From Bacteroidota bacterium (GTDB lineage: Bacteria > Bacteroidota > Ignavibacteria > UBA10030 > SZUA-254), in NCBI GenBank assembly GCA_035635475.1, contig DASQAZ010000055.1, positions 9,035 to 73,034 of the forward strand: a DNA stretch of 64,000 bases, written 5' to 3'. Below are positions 44,776 through 53,312 of this stretch, one piece after another. The notes under the pieces are model-generated. The model ran no database searches. It was not told where the DNA came from and was given only the letters and a program-made list of their open reading frames with translations. Both the position numbers and the translations under genes were made by a program. Each line of letters begins with the position of its first letter. Position 1 is the first letter of the stretch.

Positions 44776-45665
44776 GAGTCGGGATTCTGGGCAATACCAA
44801 CAAGCCCGTCATCGGGGTGGTCACCCGTGAACTCCTGGGTTACCTGCGGCGGAACAGTGTCGCCTTTGTGGTCGAGGACGAGCTCGCCAAACTGTACGAA
44901 GAGGATGCGCACGCGGTCCCTCTCCAGAAAACGGAGAAGTGCTCTCGCGACGAACTGCCCGTTCGGTGCGACTTCCTGATTTCCCTTGGAGGCGACGGCA
45001 CGATGCTCTCCGCCGCGCACACTGTCGGCTCCCGCGGCGTGCCTATTTTAGGCGTTAATTTAGGCAAGCTCGGTTTTCTCGCCGAAGTGCCGGTCGAAGA
45101 TCTCTTTCCCTGCCTCGACGAGATCCGCGCGGGCAAGTACGTTCTTGAGGAGCGCATGGCCCTTGAGGCGAGAAACACTCGCGACGATTCGTGCTACAGC
45201 TCGCTCAATGAGGTGGTAGTGGACAGAGGAATTTCGCCGAGAGTCATTCAATTGGAAACGCATGTGAACGATCAGTATCTGGTGACCTACGCCGCCGACG
45301 GAATCATCGTGGCCACACCGACCGGCTCGACCGGCTACTCTCTCGCCAGCGGTGGGCCGATCGTCGTTCCCGGGAGCGGGGTTATCACCGTAACACCGAT
45401 TTCTCCACACACACTGAGTGCCCGTCCTGTGCTTGTCCCGGACGCGAGCGTTATCCGCATCTCTGTGAAATCGGCATTGAAGCCCGTGCACCTCACCGCC
45501 GACGGGCAACTCGAGGGATTCTACGACACGCCGGCCGAATTCACAGTCCGGCGAGCGGAATACACCGTCAAACTCGTGAAACGATTGAATCGAAATTACT
45601 TCGATCTGCTTCGTACAAAGCTTCTGTGGGGCAGAGACCTCAGAATCGAATCGTCGGACACCTGA
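44772..45665 (+). CDS. nadK: NAD kinase
   Basis: 297 aa. CDFLISLGGDGTML, TPTGSTGYSLASGGPIV. Confidence 0.93.
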   Translation: MRVGILGNTNKPVIGVVTRELLGYLRRNSVAFVVEDELAKLYEEDAHAVPLQKTEKCSRDELPVRCDFLISLGGDGTMLSAAHTVGSRGVPILGVNLGKLGFLAEVPVEDLFPCLDEIRAGKYVLEERMALEARNTRDDSCYSSLNEVVVDRGISPRVIQLETHVNDQYLVTYAADGIIVATPTGSTGYSLASGGPIVVPGSGVITVTPISPHTLSARPVLVPDASVIRISVKSALKPVHLTADGQLEGFYDTPAEFTVRRAEYTVKLVKRLNRNYFDLLRTKLLWGRDLRIESSDT

Positions 45666-45731
45666 TCAATACCCGGCACGCGCACTCGCCTTCGGAGCGG
45701 CCGGACAAACGACTTTAATGCGCCCTACCGG

Positions 45732-47087
45732 ATGGGAAAAAATCTCACGCGATATGTCTGCCAAACCTGCGCCTACGAATCACCCAGGTGGGTCGGAAAG
45801 TGCCCCAATTGCGGAACCTGGAACTCGCTCGTTGAAGAGCTCGCCACGAAAGCCGCGACGCGCCGCAGAACCGGAGGCCACGCAATTGCGGCAGTCCCGC
45901 TCGGAGATGTCGACATTGCAAGGGATCATCGAATCGTTTCCAGGCTGGCGGAGTTTGACAGGGTGCTGGGGGGCGGCATCGTCGCGGGCTCGGTCATTCT
46001 CCTCGGCGGTGACCCCGGAATAGGCAAGTCGACGCTCATGATGCAGCTTGCCGCGGCGCTCGACGGCCTCTGCGTGCTCTATGTCTCCGGGGAAGAATCC
46101 TCGAGGCAAATCAAGCTGCGCGCGGAGCGGCTCGGAGTGCGGTCGACCGGCACGTTCCTCGTGCTCGCGGAGACGAACATCGACCTGCTGTCTGAATTTA
46201 TCGATCGCAGTCCGCCGGGCGTTATTATCGTCGATTCCATCCAGACCATGGTTCGCCCGGAGCTCGAGGCTCCTGCGGGCAGCGTCTCCCAGGTTCGTGA
46301 AACAGCCTCTTTCTTCACGAAAATTGCGAAAGAGAAATCAATCCCGGTGTTCCTGATCGGGCATGTGACAAAGGAGGGAGCGATCGCCGGCCCAAAGGCG
46401 ATCGAGCACATGGTGGATGCCGTCCTCCAGTTCGAGGGAGAACAGAATCATGCCTACCGCATTCTGCGCGCGATGAAGAACCGTTTCGGCTCTACAAACG
46501 AAATCGGCGTATTTGAGATGCGGGAACACGGTTTACGGGAAGTCGCGAATCCCTCGGAGGTTTTCCTCTCCCAGAGGTCGGCAGGCGTCTCCGGATCCAT
46601 GGTTGCGGCAAGCATCGAGGGAACGCGGCCAATTCTCATTGAAGTCCAGGCCCTCGTCACGGCCACGAGCTACGGAGTTCCCCAGCGCAACACGACCGGA
46701 TTCGATTCGCGACGGCTCGGTTTATTGATCGCAGTTCTGGAAAAACGGCTCGGGATGAGCTTTGGGCAGCAGGATGTGTTCGTGAATATCGCAGGGGGAC
46801 TCCGGATCGATGAACCTGCGGTTGATCTTGCCATTGCCCTCTCCATCATCTCCAGTCTCCGCGACCTACCGCTGGGTTCGGATACAGTCGCGATCGGCGA
46901 AATCGGCCTTGGCGGCGAGGTGCGGGCGGTCAGCCAGGTCGAGAAACGGATTCAGGAGGCGGCCAAACTCGGGTTTCGGCGGATCATTCTCCCCTCACAG
47001 AATCTCAAGGGTCTCCAGCAACCCGAGTCTGCCTTGCTCACCGGGGTCGGGAGCATTGAGGACGCCATCGGGAGCCTCTTCTCGTAA
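45732..47087 (+). CDS. radA: DNA repair protein RadA
   Basis: 451 aa. Zn finger CQTCAYESPRWVGKCPNCGTWN, GDPGIGKST, KNRFG, Lon-like C-terminal domain. Confidence 0.96.
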   Translation: MGKNLTRYVCQTCAYESPRWVGKCPNCGTWNSLVEELATKAATRRRTGGHAIAAVPLGDVDIARDHRIVSRLAEFDRVLGGGIVAGSVILLGGDPGIGKSTLMMQLAAALDGLCVLYVSGEESSRQIKLRAERLGVRSTGTFLVLAETNIDLLSEFIDRSPPGVIIVDSIQTMVRPELEAPAGSVSQVRETASFFTKIAKEKSIPVFLIGHVTKEGAIAGPKAIEHMVDAVLQFEGEQNHAYRILRAMKNRFGSTNEIGVFEMREHGLREVANPSEVFLSQRSAGVSGSMVAASIEGTRPILIEVQALVTATSYGVPQRNTTGFDSRRLGLLIAVLEKRLGMSFGQQDVFVNIAGGLRIDEPAVDLAIALSIISSLRDLPLGSDTVAIGEIGLGGEVRAVSQVEKRIQEAAKLGFRRIILPSQNLKGLQQPESALLTGVGSIEDAIGSLFS

Positions 47088-47098
47088 ACCGTCCCGAA

Positions 47099-47704
47099 AT
47101 GCTTACCGTTGTCCTGGCAACACGCAATCCCGGAAAAGTGGAGGAAATTCGGTCAATCCTGGCCGACCTGCCGGTGGAGATCCGTACTCTTTCCGAGATG
47201 CCGGATAGCCCCGAAGTTGTCGAAGATGGAGCGACTCTCGAAGAAAACGCGCTGAAGAAAGCCCGGGAGGTCTACGACAGGTTTCAGCTCCTAACCCTCG
47301 CAGATGACTCAGGACTTGAGGTTTACATGCTCGATATGAAGCCGGGAGTAAGGTCGGCCCGATTCGCCGGTGAGAAAGCGACTTATGCCGACAATAACCG
47401 GAAACTGCTTGAGGCTCTCTCCCACGTTCCCGCTGCCGAGCGCGGCGCGCGCTTCCGGTGCGTTGCCGCCCTTGCCGGAAAGCGGATAATGAAGACGATG
47501 GAGGGGGTCTGCACCGGACGGATCGCCGAAAAGGCTTCCGGAACGGGAGGATTCGGATATGACCCAATCTTCATTCCAGAGGGATTTGAGAGGACTTTCG
47601 CCGAATTGCCTTCCGATATCAAGAACCGGATCAGCCATCGGGCTCGAGCATTCAACCTGGTAAAGGAATTTCTGCGAGAATACGCAAAGAATCTTTCCCA
47701 CTGA
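47099..47704 (+). CDS. rdgB: dITP/XTP pyrophosphatase (Ham1/RdgB family)
   Basis: 201 aa. ATRNPGKVEEI, DDSGLEV, GFGYDPIF, KNRISHRARA. Confidence 0.93.
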   Translation: MLTVVLATRNPGKVEEIRSILADLPVEIRTLSEMPDSPEVVEDGATLEENALKKAREVYDRFQLLTLADDSGLEVYMLDMKPGVRSARFAGEKATYADNNRKLLEALSHVPAAERGARFRCVAALAGKRIMKTMEGVCTGRIAEKASGTGGFGYDPIFIPEGFERTFAELPSDIKNRISHRARAFNLVKEFLREYAKNLSH

Positions 47705-47739
47705 CTTGCTTCGCAGTAATTTTGATGTCCTAGAATTTC

Positions 47740-47768
47740 TTGATATTGGTAAGCGCATTCATTATCTT
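47740..47768 (+). promoter_or_regulatory. sigma70-type promoter for the hypothetical/PhzF pair
   Basis: TTGATA (47740-47745), 17-nt spacer, TATCTT (47763-47768). Confidence 0.5.
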
Positions 47769-47785
47769 ATTCGAGAAATATAACG

Positions 47786-48670
47786 ATGCCACTGACTCGA
47801 TGGTTGAAAGGTCTCAGACACAGATGGCTCGAACCTTCATGGATTTTTTCGACGCAAGGAATGATCTGGCGATTGTTGCCCGCACCGGGCAAACGATTCG
47901 TCGGAGAAGAAAGGGACATCAGCCAAAAATCGGTCTCTTTATTCTGCATCGAACAGGAAACAGGAGCGATTCAATGGCGCAATCTGCGGCTGCACGAGCC
48001 GTGGTGGATCGGAATAGAGGCTGTTCACAAGGATCTGGTCTTGCTTCATGAATACGCGATGCCTGATTTACCCGATCACAAGAAAATTCATGCCCTCGAG
48101 CTCTCCTCCGGTAAGGTGCTCTGGAAGAATGAGGAGCTTCGGTATTTGTTCGCATACCAGGACAGCATCTATGCGGTTGAAATCGGGCATGAAGACAATC
48201 GTTATTATGAGGTCGACTTGATGACCGGAGAGAAAAGCCGGGAAGTGGATGCGTCATCTATTGCGACGATGCGGGAAATCGCATATTCCCAGAATACGGC
48301 GTCAGTCGAGTTTCCCGCTCCTTTCCAGGGAGGTGGCGACGATGATCTCAGCCGGATGATCGCGCACCTTACGAAGGGGGAGAGCCGGATCGAGTCGATT
48401 GAATACCTCCGGAAAGGCGAATTTCTCGCGCTTTGTTACCACACGGTGATCAGTCCGGATCCTGCTCAGCGAATAATGGATCAGCATTTTATGATATCCG
48501 ACGGCCGCCGGATGGTCTATCATGAATTATTGAATGACCGTGTACAGAACGTAGTTCCGGATGCCTTCTTCGGCATCGGCGACTTTGTGTATTCCATCAA
48601 GGGCAAACGGGTCTTACAGGCGTTCAATTTCAGTAAGGGGGTAAGTACCGATGGCCAGGATAAGAATTAA
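47786..48670 (+). CDS. hypothetical protein (possibly DUF4905-like; beta-rich)
   Basis: 294 aa. No catalytic motif recognised. Recurrent G-x-VLW/IQW-type strand motifs. The family assignment is from memory only. Confidence 0.5.
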   Translation: MPLTRWLKGLRHRWLEPSWIFSTQGMIWRLLPAPGKRFVGEERDISQKSVSLFCIEQETGAIQWRNLRLHEPWWIGIEAVHKDLVLLHEYAMPDLPDHKKIHALELSSGKVLWKNEELRYLFAYQDSIYAVEIGHEDNRYYEVDLMTGEKSREVDASSIATMREIAYSQNTASVEFPAPFQGGGDDDLSRMIAHLTKGESRIESIEYLRKGEFLALCYHTVISPDPAQRIMDQHFMISDGRRMVYHELLNDRVQNVVPDAFFGIGDFVYSIKGKRVLQAFNFSKGVSTDGQDKN

Positions 48671-49556
48671 GCACGTCGACGCGTTCACCACGACTCCCCA
48701 CACCGGTAATCCGGCAGGTGTTGTCCCGGACGGGGGAAGCTTGAGCGACCGGGAGATGCAGGGGATTGCAAGGGAGATGAATCTTTCCGAAACGGCATTC
48801 ATCCTTCCGCCGACAAGCCCGGAAGCCGATCTCAGGATCCGGTGGTTTACCCCCACGACCGAAGTCCCTCTGTGCGGACATGCCACGATCGCCGGTTTCC
48901 ATTCTCTCGCGGAGGAGGGGGGGATGAACATGACGAAAGGAGGGAGGTACCAGTTTCGGCTTGAGACTGCGTCGGGGATCCTCCCGGTGGACGTCACAAA
49001 GAACAACGGGCTGATTTCCATTATGTTCGGATTGAAAATACCGGTCTTTGACCGCGCGATTCATTATAAAATCGATCTCGTCCGGGTCCTCAACCTGACG
49101 CTCAGCGAATTCGAGACTCATATTCCGATCCTTCGGAGCGATTACCTTTTTGTTCCCGTCAAACGGCTTCATACGCTCTTCTCGATCAGACCCAACTTTC
49201 TGACGATGGCAAACTTCCTGGACTCGCGAAACCTGCGCGGGCTCTGTGTGTTCACAACCGAGACGGTCGACCGTGATTCAATCGTTCACTCACGCTTCTT
49301 TGCACCCAACCAGGGGATCAATGAAGATCCGGTGACGGGATCTTCGCATGCAGGCCTCGCGGTGCAACTGTTTGAGAGCGGATTCCTCGATATCAAGAAC
49401 GGCCGGTGCGTGTTCCAGGCAGAGCAAGGCGACGCGATCGGCAGACGCGGGAGAATCACCGTCGAGCTGGAAGTTGTGGATGACAAGCCCGTCGGGGTGA
49501 AAATCGGGGGCAATGCGGTGACGGTCCTCGAAGGCGAGATGTTGCTGCACGACTGA
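48651..49556 (+). CDS. PhzF family isomerase-like protein
   Basis: 301 aa. VDAFTTTPHTGNPAGVV, ETAFILP, RWFTPTTEVPLCGHATIA, DPVTGSSH. Confidence 0.88.
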   Translation: MARIRIKHVDAFTTTPHTGNPAGVVPDGGSLSDREMQGIAREMNLSETAFILPPTSPEADLRIRWFTPTTEVPLCGHATIAGFHSLAEEGGMNMTKGGRYQFRLETASGILPVDVTKNNGLISIMFGLKIPVFDRAIHYKIDLVRVLNLTLSEFETHIPILRSDYLFVPVKRLHTLFSIRPNFLTMANFLDSRNLRGLCVFTTETVDRDSIVHSRFFAPNQGINEDPVTGSSHAGLAVQLFESGFLDIKNGRCVFQAEQGDAIGRRGRITVELEVVDDKPVGVKIGGNAVTVLEGEMLLHD

Positions 49557-49584
49557 TCCCGCCCGATAGACCTCCGAAGCCTGC

Positions 49585-51612
49585 ATGACAATTCGTACCG
49601 GGTTCTTCCTCGTACTCCTTCTTCTTTCATTCTCATTCTTTTTCTTCAATACCCGCCGGCTGATCCGTTACCTTACGATCGGCAAGCCCGAGACTCGGAC
49701 CGACCGGCCGCTCGAGAGGTTGAAACAGGTGCTCACCGTGGCCTTCGGGCAGTCGAAATTATTCCGTGAGCCTCTCGCCGGACTGATGCATTTCTTTATC
49801 TTCTGGGGGTTCGTGGTTCTGGTGCTCGCGATCGTCGAAACGATCGGCGAAGGCCTCCGGTCCGGTTTCACACTGTCCTTTCTCGGGCCTCTGTATGGGC
49901 CGCTGGTCTTCCTGGAAGATCTTCTGGGAGCGCTGGTCATTCTCTCGGCCGTGGTCGCGCTCCTGCGCCGCTATGTGACGAAACCGCCCCGTCTCGATGT
50001 GAGCGGCCATTCCCGCATCGATGCAACGATCATACTTTTGCTAATCCTCCTGATTATGTGTGCGATGTTCGGGCAGAATGCCGCCAATATCGGGAGGGGG
50101 GTCCAGGCCGCCGCCGAGAGGCGCTTTGTTTCGCACTCCCTGGCATCGCTTTTTTTTGCCGGGATTTCCCCGGAAACCCTGAACGTCTGGTTTTCCTTCT
50201 TCTGGTGGATGCACATCTCTCTCGTGCTCGGCTTTCTTAATTATCTTCCATACTCAAAGCATCTTCATATCCTATCTTCGATCCCCAACGTCTATCTCGC
50301 AAAGCTGGAGCCGAGGGGGGTACTTAAACCGCTTAATCTCCAGGATGAGAAAGCAACAAAGTTCGGCGCCGCGGACGTAGAGGACCTGACCTGGAAGCAG
50401 CTTTTGGACGGCTACACGTGCACCGAATGCGGGCGCTGCACAGCCGCGTGCCCCGCCGCGCTGACGGGCAAGCCGCTTTCGCCGAAGAAGATTGTCGTTG
50501 ATATCAGGCGAAGGCTGATGGAGAAGGCCCCGCTTTTGACCGATCGAGGGATCCAGGGCGAAACGGTAACTCCCGGAGCGGAGCCTCCCGGCCAGGCGGC
50601 TTCGGCCGGGCAGCTCGTCGGCGATTACATTACCGAAGACGAGCTCTGGGCCTGCACGACCTGCATGGCGTGCGTGCAGGAGTGCCCTGTCCAAATTGAA
50701 CACGTCGATGCAATCGTCGATATGCGCCGGTACCTGGTTCTAACCGAATCCAAATTCCCCAAGGAGATGCAGGCAACATTTCAGAACCTCGAGAGAAATT
50801 TTACGCCGTGGGGGTTCAGTCATTCCACTCGCGCCGATTGGGCCCGGGGTCTTGACATCCCGATGCTCTCGGAAAAGCCGGACGCGGAAGTCCTGTTCTG
50901 GGTGGGATGTGCGGGTGCCTATGACGTGCGGTACAAGAAGGTGACGCAGGCATTTGCGAAACTAATGAAGATCGCCGGCGTCAATTTCGCGGTGCTGGGG
51001 CGCGAAGAAAAATGCAACGGTGATCCCGCGCGGCGGGCGGGGAATGAATACCTCGCGCAAATGCTCATGAACGAAAATGCGGAAACACTGAACCGACATC
51101 ACGTCAAAACGATCGTCACGACCTGCCCCCATTGTTTCAACATTTTTAAGAATGAATACCCCCAATTCGGCGGAAACTACACGGTCACGCATCATACTGA
51201 ATTTATATCGAATCTGATCGAATCCGGAAGGATCAAGCTCACGAAGGAAAAGAAGGCGAAAATAACATACCACGATTCATGCTACCTCGGCAGGTACAAC
51301 CACGTGTATGATCAGCCCAGAGATGCGATCCGCGCGATTCCGGGAGTTGAAATAGAAGAAATGAAGCGCTCACGGGACAAGGGGTTTTGCTGCGGCGCCG
51401 GCGGGGCGAGAATGTTTATGGAAGAGCCGATCGGAAAGAGAGTGAACATCGAGCGGACGGAGGAAGCGTTGGCCCTCAAGCCCGACGTCATCGGCACCGC
51501 ATGCCCGTTCTGCATGACCATGCTGACAGACGGGGTAAAGGCGAAGGAAGCAGCCGAGCGGGTACAGGTGAAAGATATTGCTGAACTGGTTCTGGAGGCC
51601 GTGGGGGGCTGA
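49585..51612 (+). CDS. membrane-anchored Fe-S oxidoreductase (NarI/DsrM-like TM domain fused to an HdrD/DsrK-like 2x[4Fe-4S] plus CCG module)
   Basis: 675 aa. N-terminal multi-TM region. CTECGRCTAACP and CTTCMACVQECP ferredoxin motifs. C-terminal Cys-rich CCG-type motifs (TCPHCFN, FCCGAGGA, ACPFC). Confidence 0.8.
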   Translation: MTIRTGFFLVLLLLSFSFFFFNTRRLIRYLTIGKPETRTDRPLERLKQVLTVAFGQSKLFREPLAGLMHFFIFWGFVVLVLAIVETIGEGLRSGFTLSFLGPLYGPLVFLEDLLGALVILSAVVALLRRYVTKPPRLDVSGHSRIDATIILLLILLIMCAMFGQNAANIGRGVQAAAERRFVSHSLASLFFAGISPETLNVWFSFFWWMHISLVLGFLNYLPYSKHLHILSSIPNVYLAKLEPRGVLKPLNLQDEKATKFGAADVEDLTWKQLLDGYTCTECGRCTAACPAALTGKPLSPKKIVVDIRRRLMEKAPLLTDRGIQGETVTPGAEPPGQAASAGQLVGDYITEDELWACTTCMACVQECPVQIEHVDAIVDMRRYLVLTESKFPKEMQATFQNLERNFTPWGFSHSTRADWARGLDIPMLSEKPDAEVLFWVGCAGAYDVRYKKVTQAFAKLMKIAGVNFAVLGREEKCNGDPARRAGNEYLAQMLMNENAETLNRHHVKTIVTTCPHCFNIFKNEYPQFGGNYTVTHHTEFISNLIESGRIKLTKEKKAKITYHDSCYLGRYNHVYDQPRDAIRAIPGVEIEEMKRSRDKGFCCGAGGARMFMEEPIGKRVNIERTEEALALKPDVIGTACPFCMTMLTDGVKAKEAAERVQVKDIAELVLEAVGG

Positions 51613-51638
51613 GGGATGTGCCGCGACCGGACCGGATA

Positions 51639-52025
51639 CTACCGGTCGATGCCCGTCATCGGGTGGCGGCGGATCAACATGAGAATTGCGGACTGGGAAA
51701 CGATCAGGTACTTCTTCTCCTCGTACTCCATCTCGATCGCCTGTTCGCGAAGGAAAATGGCGTAGTCTCCCTCTTCGGCCTGGAGCGGAATATACTTAAC
51801 GGGATCTTTGGGTGTGGGCGACCACGACTCCTGGTCGATATAGTTCGGGTTCGGCACGGGAAAGCCAGGTCCGACTTTGATAATGTAACCGCTCTGTACC
51901 CTCTCCTTCTCCTTCACGTTGGGCGGAAGATAGAGCCCATGCTCGGTGCGGTCTCTGTCGCTGTCGGGTATGACCAGGACTTTGTCCCCCACCACGATCA
52001 TCTCTTTTCTGCTCGAACTGTCCAA
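51639..52025 (-). CDS. GroES/Cpn10-family protein (orphan, no groEL adjacent)
   Basis: 128 aa. VVGDKVLVIP...GLYLPPNVKEKERVQSGYIIKVGPG...EEGDYAIFLREQAIEMEYEEKKYLIV follows the Cpn10 pattern with an inserted loop. TTG start behind AAGGAGAG; an alternative ATG lies 8 codons in. Confidence 0.65.
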   Translation of the reverse strand: MDSSSRKEMIVVGDKVLVIPDSDRDRTEHGLYLPPNVKEKERVQSGYIIKVGPGFPVPNPNYIDQESWSPTPKDPVKYIPLQAEEGDYAIFLREQAIEMEYEEKKYLIVSQSAILMLIRRHPMTGIDR

Positions 52026-52149
52026 GAATCTCTCTCCTTACGAACGGAATTGGATTTGCTTCAGATGAACCTCACTAATCATACAATTTTCCATTTTACG
52101 GTGCAAACTCCCCCGCGAAGTCCCTCGGGATGTCTGTCGAGCCGGCGAC

Positions 52150-52617
52150 TTACGCGTTCGTGAGAAATCGTTTCAACTCTTCGAACCCGCCGAAGGTTTT
52201 TGTGACGCATCCAAGGATCCATCCCGGAAGTTCAAACAGGGGGTAGCTCGTCACGAGATAGACCGGTTTTCCAAAATATCTGGCCATCGTCAGCTCGCCT
52301 TTCGTCCCGGCGCCTTTGGCGGCGCCCTCATCCCAGAAACAGATGACGTAATCCGTTCGCTCCGCGATTTCCCGGCAGTCGATCTCGACAAGACTTCGGA
52401 CAATCTTCTGATACGACCCGACATCATCCCTCTTGAGGGCCCGGAAATCGAGGTTTGGATGATGCGTGCTGAAGAAGCGGCTGCTTTCGACATTGGGATT
52501 GAACACTTCGTGCCGGAGATCGGACTCGAGCCAGCTCTGGAGTTCCCTGCGCCACTCAAGACCCTCCCCTTCGGCATATTCCATTCCGCCCGACAGGTAC
52601 GCACGCATCCCGTTCAT
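52150..52617 (-). CDS. nucleoside 2-deoxyribosyltransferase-like family protein
   Basis: 155 aa. AYLSGGMEY N-terminal motif and GAGTKGELTMARYFGKPVYLV (conserved Glu), typical of the NDT/DNPH1-like fold. Confidence 0.6.
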   Translation of the reverse strand: MNGMRAYLSGGMEYAEGEGLEWRRELQSWLESDLRHEVFNPNVESSRFFSTHHPNLDFRALKRDDVGSYQKIVRSLVEIDCREIAERTDYVICFWDEGAAKGAGTKGELTMARYFGKPVYLVTSYPLFELPGWILGCVTKTFGGFEELKRFLTNA

Positions 52618-53312
52618 CCAAAGCTATTGATGTCAAGGAACGGGTAGAAGAGCTGGTATCCTGCCCACATGACGGTTCCAACCACGAGGGGAATCGAGAG
52701 GTTGTCGTCGATGTCGACGGGGAGAGCCTCGACGATCGCGCCGGCAAGGGCCGCCACGGCGCCAATCGCATATTCACCGGACTGATAGCCTACCTTGGGG
52801 AGTATCGCGACCACCACGAGTGCGCTGAGCAGGAATCCTGCGCTACCCTCGAGGCTCTTTCCGAGAAACCGATGCCGCCCGAACCGCTTCCCGATCAAGG
52901 CGGAAGCGAGATCGGCGATGATCAGAATGACGAGGCTCGATACCGCAATGACCCTCGGAAAGATCAGGACGGATAACGTCGCTGCAATCAGGACATAGGT
53001 CGCGCCGTTCAGGCGTTTCTTCTCTTTGCAGGTCTCGCTCGTTCGCAGGAGCCACCCGAACGTCCGGTAAAACCAGGTCTCGATGGGGCGGTGATAATAC
53101 CGGCCGACGTCGATGATGACGAACGCCAGCGTGAGAGGGATAAGGACGCCGAGAGCCACAATCCGCGGCGTGTGAAAGTAGAAAATGGGGATAGCGAGGG
53201 AACAGAGGTGGATCGATTTGCGAATGAGCTCAATACGATAGCTATCGCTATCGGAAAGCGGATCAGGACTTCTGAATGTCTCCGTTCTGGTCCGGTCGGG
53301 ACTGTTCGTCAA
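52614..53312 (-). CDS. SEC59/DGK1/VTE5-type (CTP-dependent polyprenol/diacylglycerol kinase or cytidylyltransferase-like) membrane protein
   Basis: 232 aa, polytopic. [33 protein letters not shown] motifs. The TTG start at 53312 lies 50 nt inside the ftsH 3' end, and no other start codon is available. Confidence 0.65.
   Translation of the reverse strand: MTNSPDRTRTETFRSPDPLSDSDSYRIELIRKSIHLCSLAIPIFYFHTPRIVALGVLIPLTLAFVIIDVGRYYHRPIETWFYRTFGWLLRTSETCKEKKRLNGATYVLIAATLSVLIFPRVIAVSSLVILIIADLASALIGKRFGRHRFLGKSLEGSAGFLLSALVVVAILPKVGYQSGEYAIGAVAALAGAIVEALPVDIDDNLSIPLVVGTVMWAGYQLFYPFLDINSFG

Noticed and set aside
52038-52094. 18-codon minus-strand uORF (MENCMISEVHLKQIQFRS) whose stop overlaps the Shine-Dalgarno sequence of the GroES-like gene
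   Set aside because: No Shine-Dalgarno sequence of its own. It could be chance in a 124-nt spacer. Conservation would be needed before calling it a leader peptide.
51618-52163. 181-aa + strand ORF opposite the GroES-like gene
   Set aside because: The minus-strand product has clear Cpn10-pattern similarity and a Shine-Dalgarno sequence. The + strand ORF has neither.
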